DNA of 55,454 nucleotides from an uncultured Clostridia bacterium (GTDB lineage Bacteria > Bacillota > Clostridia > Christensenellales > UBA1242): NCBI GenBank assembly GCA_944332395.1, contig CALVJV010000003.1, positions 1-55,454 of the forward strand, given 5' to 3'. Position 1 is the first letter of the stretch; the number at the start of each line of letters is the position of its first letter. Shown piece after piece: positions 53,278 to 55,454 of this stretch. The translations under genes were made by a program, and so were the position numbers. The notes under the pieces are model-generated. The model was given only the letters and a program-made list of their open reading frames with translations, did no database searches and was not told the origin of the DNA.

Positions 53278-55454
53278 CTATTTTTTTATTTTTAATTTAT
53301 TTCTTTTATTTAGGGGCTTCCACACCCAATTTTCGACAATAGGCATATCAATTCCTTTTTCAGCAATATATTTTTTGTGCTTAACTAATAAGTTGTTCAT
53401 TTCTTGAATAATATGGTCATCAACCCCACCAAGATCAGGCAACGAAAACAAAATTTCTTTTACAAGATTGAATCTATCAATTTTATTTTGAACTCGCATA
53501 TCAAACGGAGTTGTAATTGTTCCCTCTTCTTCATAACCAAAAACCTTAATGTTTTTATTGTGTCTAGAATAAACCAATTCATGGATAAGTTTTGGATAAC
53601 CATGAAATACAACAATAACAGGTTTATTTACAGTGAATATATTATCAAATTCATCATCAGACAAACCATGCGGATGATTAGCCTCAAGTTTCATCAAATC
53701 AACAATATTAACAAACCTAATTTTTATGTTAGGAAGCTTCTCATGAAGAATAGAAACTGTCGCCAAAGCTTCAAGCGTAGGAACATGCCCAGCACAAGCT
53801 AATACAACATCAGGTTCGCAGTTTAGATCGGTTGAAGCCCATTTCCAAATTCCAATACCTTGTGTACAATGATTAATAGCATCATCAATATTTAGCCATT
53901 GAAAACTAGGATGCTTGGAAGCAACAATTACATTTACATAGTTCTTTGACCTGATACAATGATCAAAACAACTTAATAAACAATTTGCGTCTGGCGGTAA
54001 ATAAATTCTAACAATATCGGACTTTTTGTTTGCAACATGGTCCAAAAAACCAGGATCTTGGTGAGTATATCCGTTGTGATCCTGTTGCCAAACATTACTA
54101 GTTAGCAATAAATTCAACGAAGCAATTTTAGCTCTCCAATCAAGCTCACTAGTAACCTTAAGCCATTTTGCGTGCTGTGATACCATAGAATCAATAACTC
54201 TAATAAAAGCTTCATAACTAGCAAAAGCACCATGTCTACCAGTTAACAAATATCCTTCAAGCCACCCCTCACACATATGTTCTGAAAGATAAGAATCCAT
54301 AAACCTACCATCATGAGATAAGAATTCATCAGTAGGGATTATATTTTCCAAAAAAGTTCTATTTGTAGAATTAAAAGTTCTTGACAATCTATTACTCATA
54401 GCCTCATCAGGACAAAACATTCTAAAATTGTTAGGATTTAATTTAAACAATTCACCAATATATCCACCAAGTTCTAACATATCCTGAGTTTTAGATTGAC
54501 CTGGTTCACTCACAGGTACTGCAAACTTAACAAAATCTGGGGTTCGCAAGTTTCTTAAAAGCAATCCACCATTAGCATGCGGATTTGCGCTAATTCTTTT
54601 CTTACCTTTAGGCGCAATATCTGCAATATCATCTTTGAGTTTATAATTCTCATCAAAAAGTTCTTGTGGCCTATAACTTTTTAACCATTTTTCTAAAATG
54701 CCAATGTGTTCTGGCTTATCCATAGTAACAGGAACTTGATGAGCTCTGAATGATCCCTCAACAACTTTATTATCAACAGTTTTAGGACAAGTCCAACCTT
54801 TAGGAGTAGCCAAGACAATCATAGGCCAAATTGGTCTTTTAGACAATTTTGAATTTCTAGCATCATATTGTATTTTTTTTATGGCATTAATACATTTATC
54901 CATAGCCACAGCCATAGTTTTATGCATAAATTTAGGATCAGATCCTTCAACAAAAATAGGATTCCAACCATATCCCTTTAGCAACATAATAAGTTCATTT
55001 CTGGGAATTCTTGAAAGAATTGTTGGATTACTAATCTTATATCCATTAAGATGAAGAATAGGTAAAACAGCACCATCTTTTTCGGGATTAAGAAACTTAT
55101 TAGAATGCCAACTAGTAGCTAATGGCCCAGTTTCGGCTTCACCATCACCAATAATGGCGGTTGCAATCAAATCTGGGTTATCAAAAACAGCGCCAAAAGC
55201 ATGTGCAAGAACATATCCTAATTCCCCACCCTCATGAATAGAACCTGGCTGCTCTGGAGCAACATGGCTTGAAACACCACAGGGAAAACTAAACTGCTTA
55301 CAAAATTTGGTCAAACCTTCTTTATTAAGCCCAATGTTAGGATAAACTTCACTATAAGTCCCTTCTAAATAAGAGTTTTATCTGTAAATTTTACCGCCAT
55401 GTCCAGGCCCTGATAAAGGTGTCATATCTAGATTGATCTTGCAAGTGGCTCTAT
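53278..55454 (-). pseudogene. xfp: xylulose-5-phosphate/fructose-6-phosphate phosphoketolase interrupted by an in-frame TAA (5' end outside the window)
   Basis: Conserved ...[66 protein letters not shown]... is continuous in one frame across the stop at 55380-55378. The Met of the tracked ORF at 55314 is really a TTG Leu codon. Confidence 0.75.

Noticed and set aside
55378-55380. Stop-codon reassignment as the explanation for the in-frame TAA in xfp
   Set aside because: Many well-supported genes in the window (rpsO, pnp, miaB and others) terminate at TAA exactly where homologs end, so TAA functions as a stop here.

Overview
This is a strongly AT-rich 55.5-kb chromosomal segment from an endospore-forming, low-GC Firmicute (Clostridia-like). 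I call about 51 protein genes, one tRNA-Trp(CCA), a Thr T-box leader and an L20-type infC leader. I saw no rRNA, CRISPR array, IS element or prophage. Most genes are core housekeeping genes in Bacillus/Clostridium-like synteny blocks: rpsO-pnp-deacetylase; miaB-mutS-mutL-ynbB-like; ftsK-rimO-pgsA-cinA-like-recA-rny; thrS-infC-rpmI-rplT; nifS-thiI; spoIIAA-spoIIAB-sigF and spoVAC-AD-AE. Perfect or near-perfect LexA (Cheo) boxes sit in front of recA and lexA. No obvious multi-gene novel system (defence or otherwise) stands out. The points most worth follow-up are listed here.
1. A XerS-like 352-aa tyrosine recombinase lies next to a perfect inverted repeat with core-site geometry. It is followed by a tightly coupled 8-Cys small protein and a leaderless Cys/His hydrolase-like gene, all packed directly upstream of lexA.
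2. At least four genes (miaB, the xerS-like gene, the 227-aa hypothetical, cmk) have a -35/17 bp/-10 promoter placed 6 nt before the ATG with no Shine-Dalgarno. This suggests recurrent leaderless mRNAs.
3. A serine-palmitoyltransferase-like alpha-oxoamine synthase is present in a sporulating Firmicute.
4. A PadR domain is fused to a long acidic linker and a multi-pass membrane domain.
5. tRNA-Trp lies 14 nt upstream of an SD-less rnhA.
6. The phosphoketolase gene carries an in-frame TAA.
7. Several proteins are degenerate or extended: an M16-like protein lacking HxxEH, a divergent CinA-like protein, and RimO with a basic AT-hook-like N-terminal extension.
All family calls rest on motifs and synteny read by eye. 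No database search was possible.
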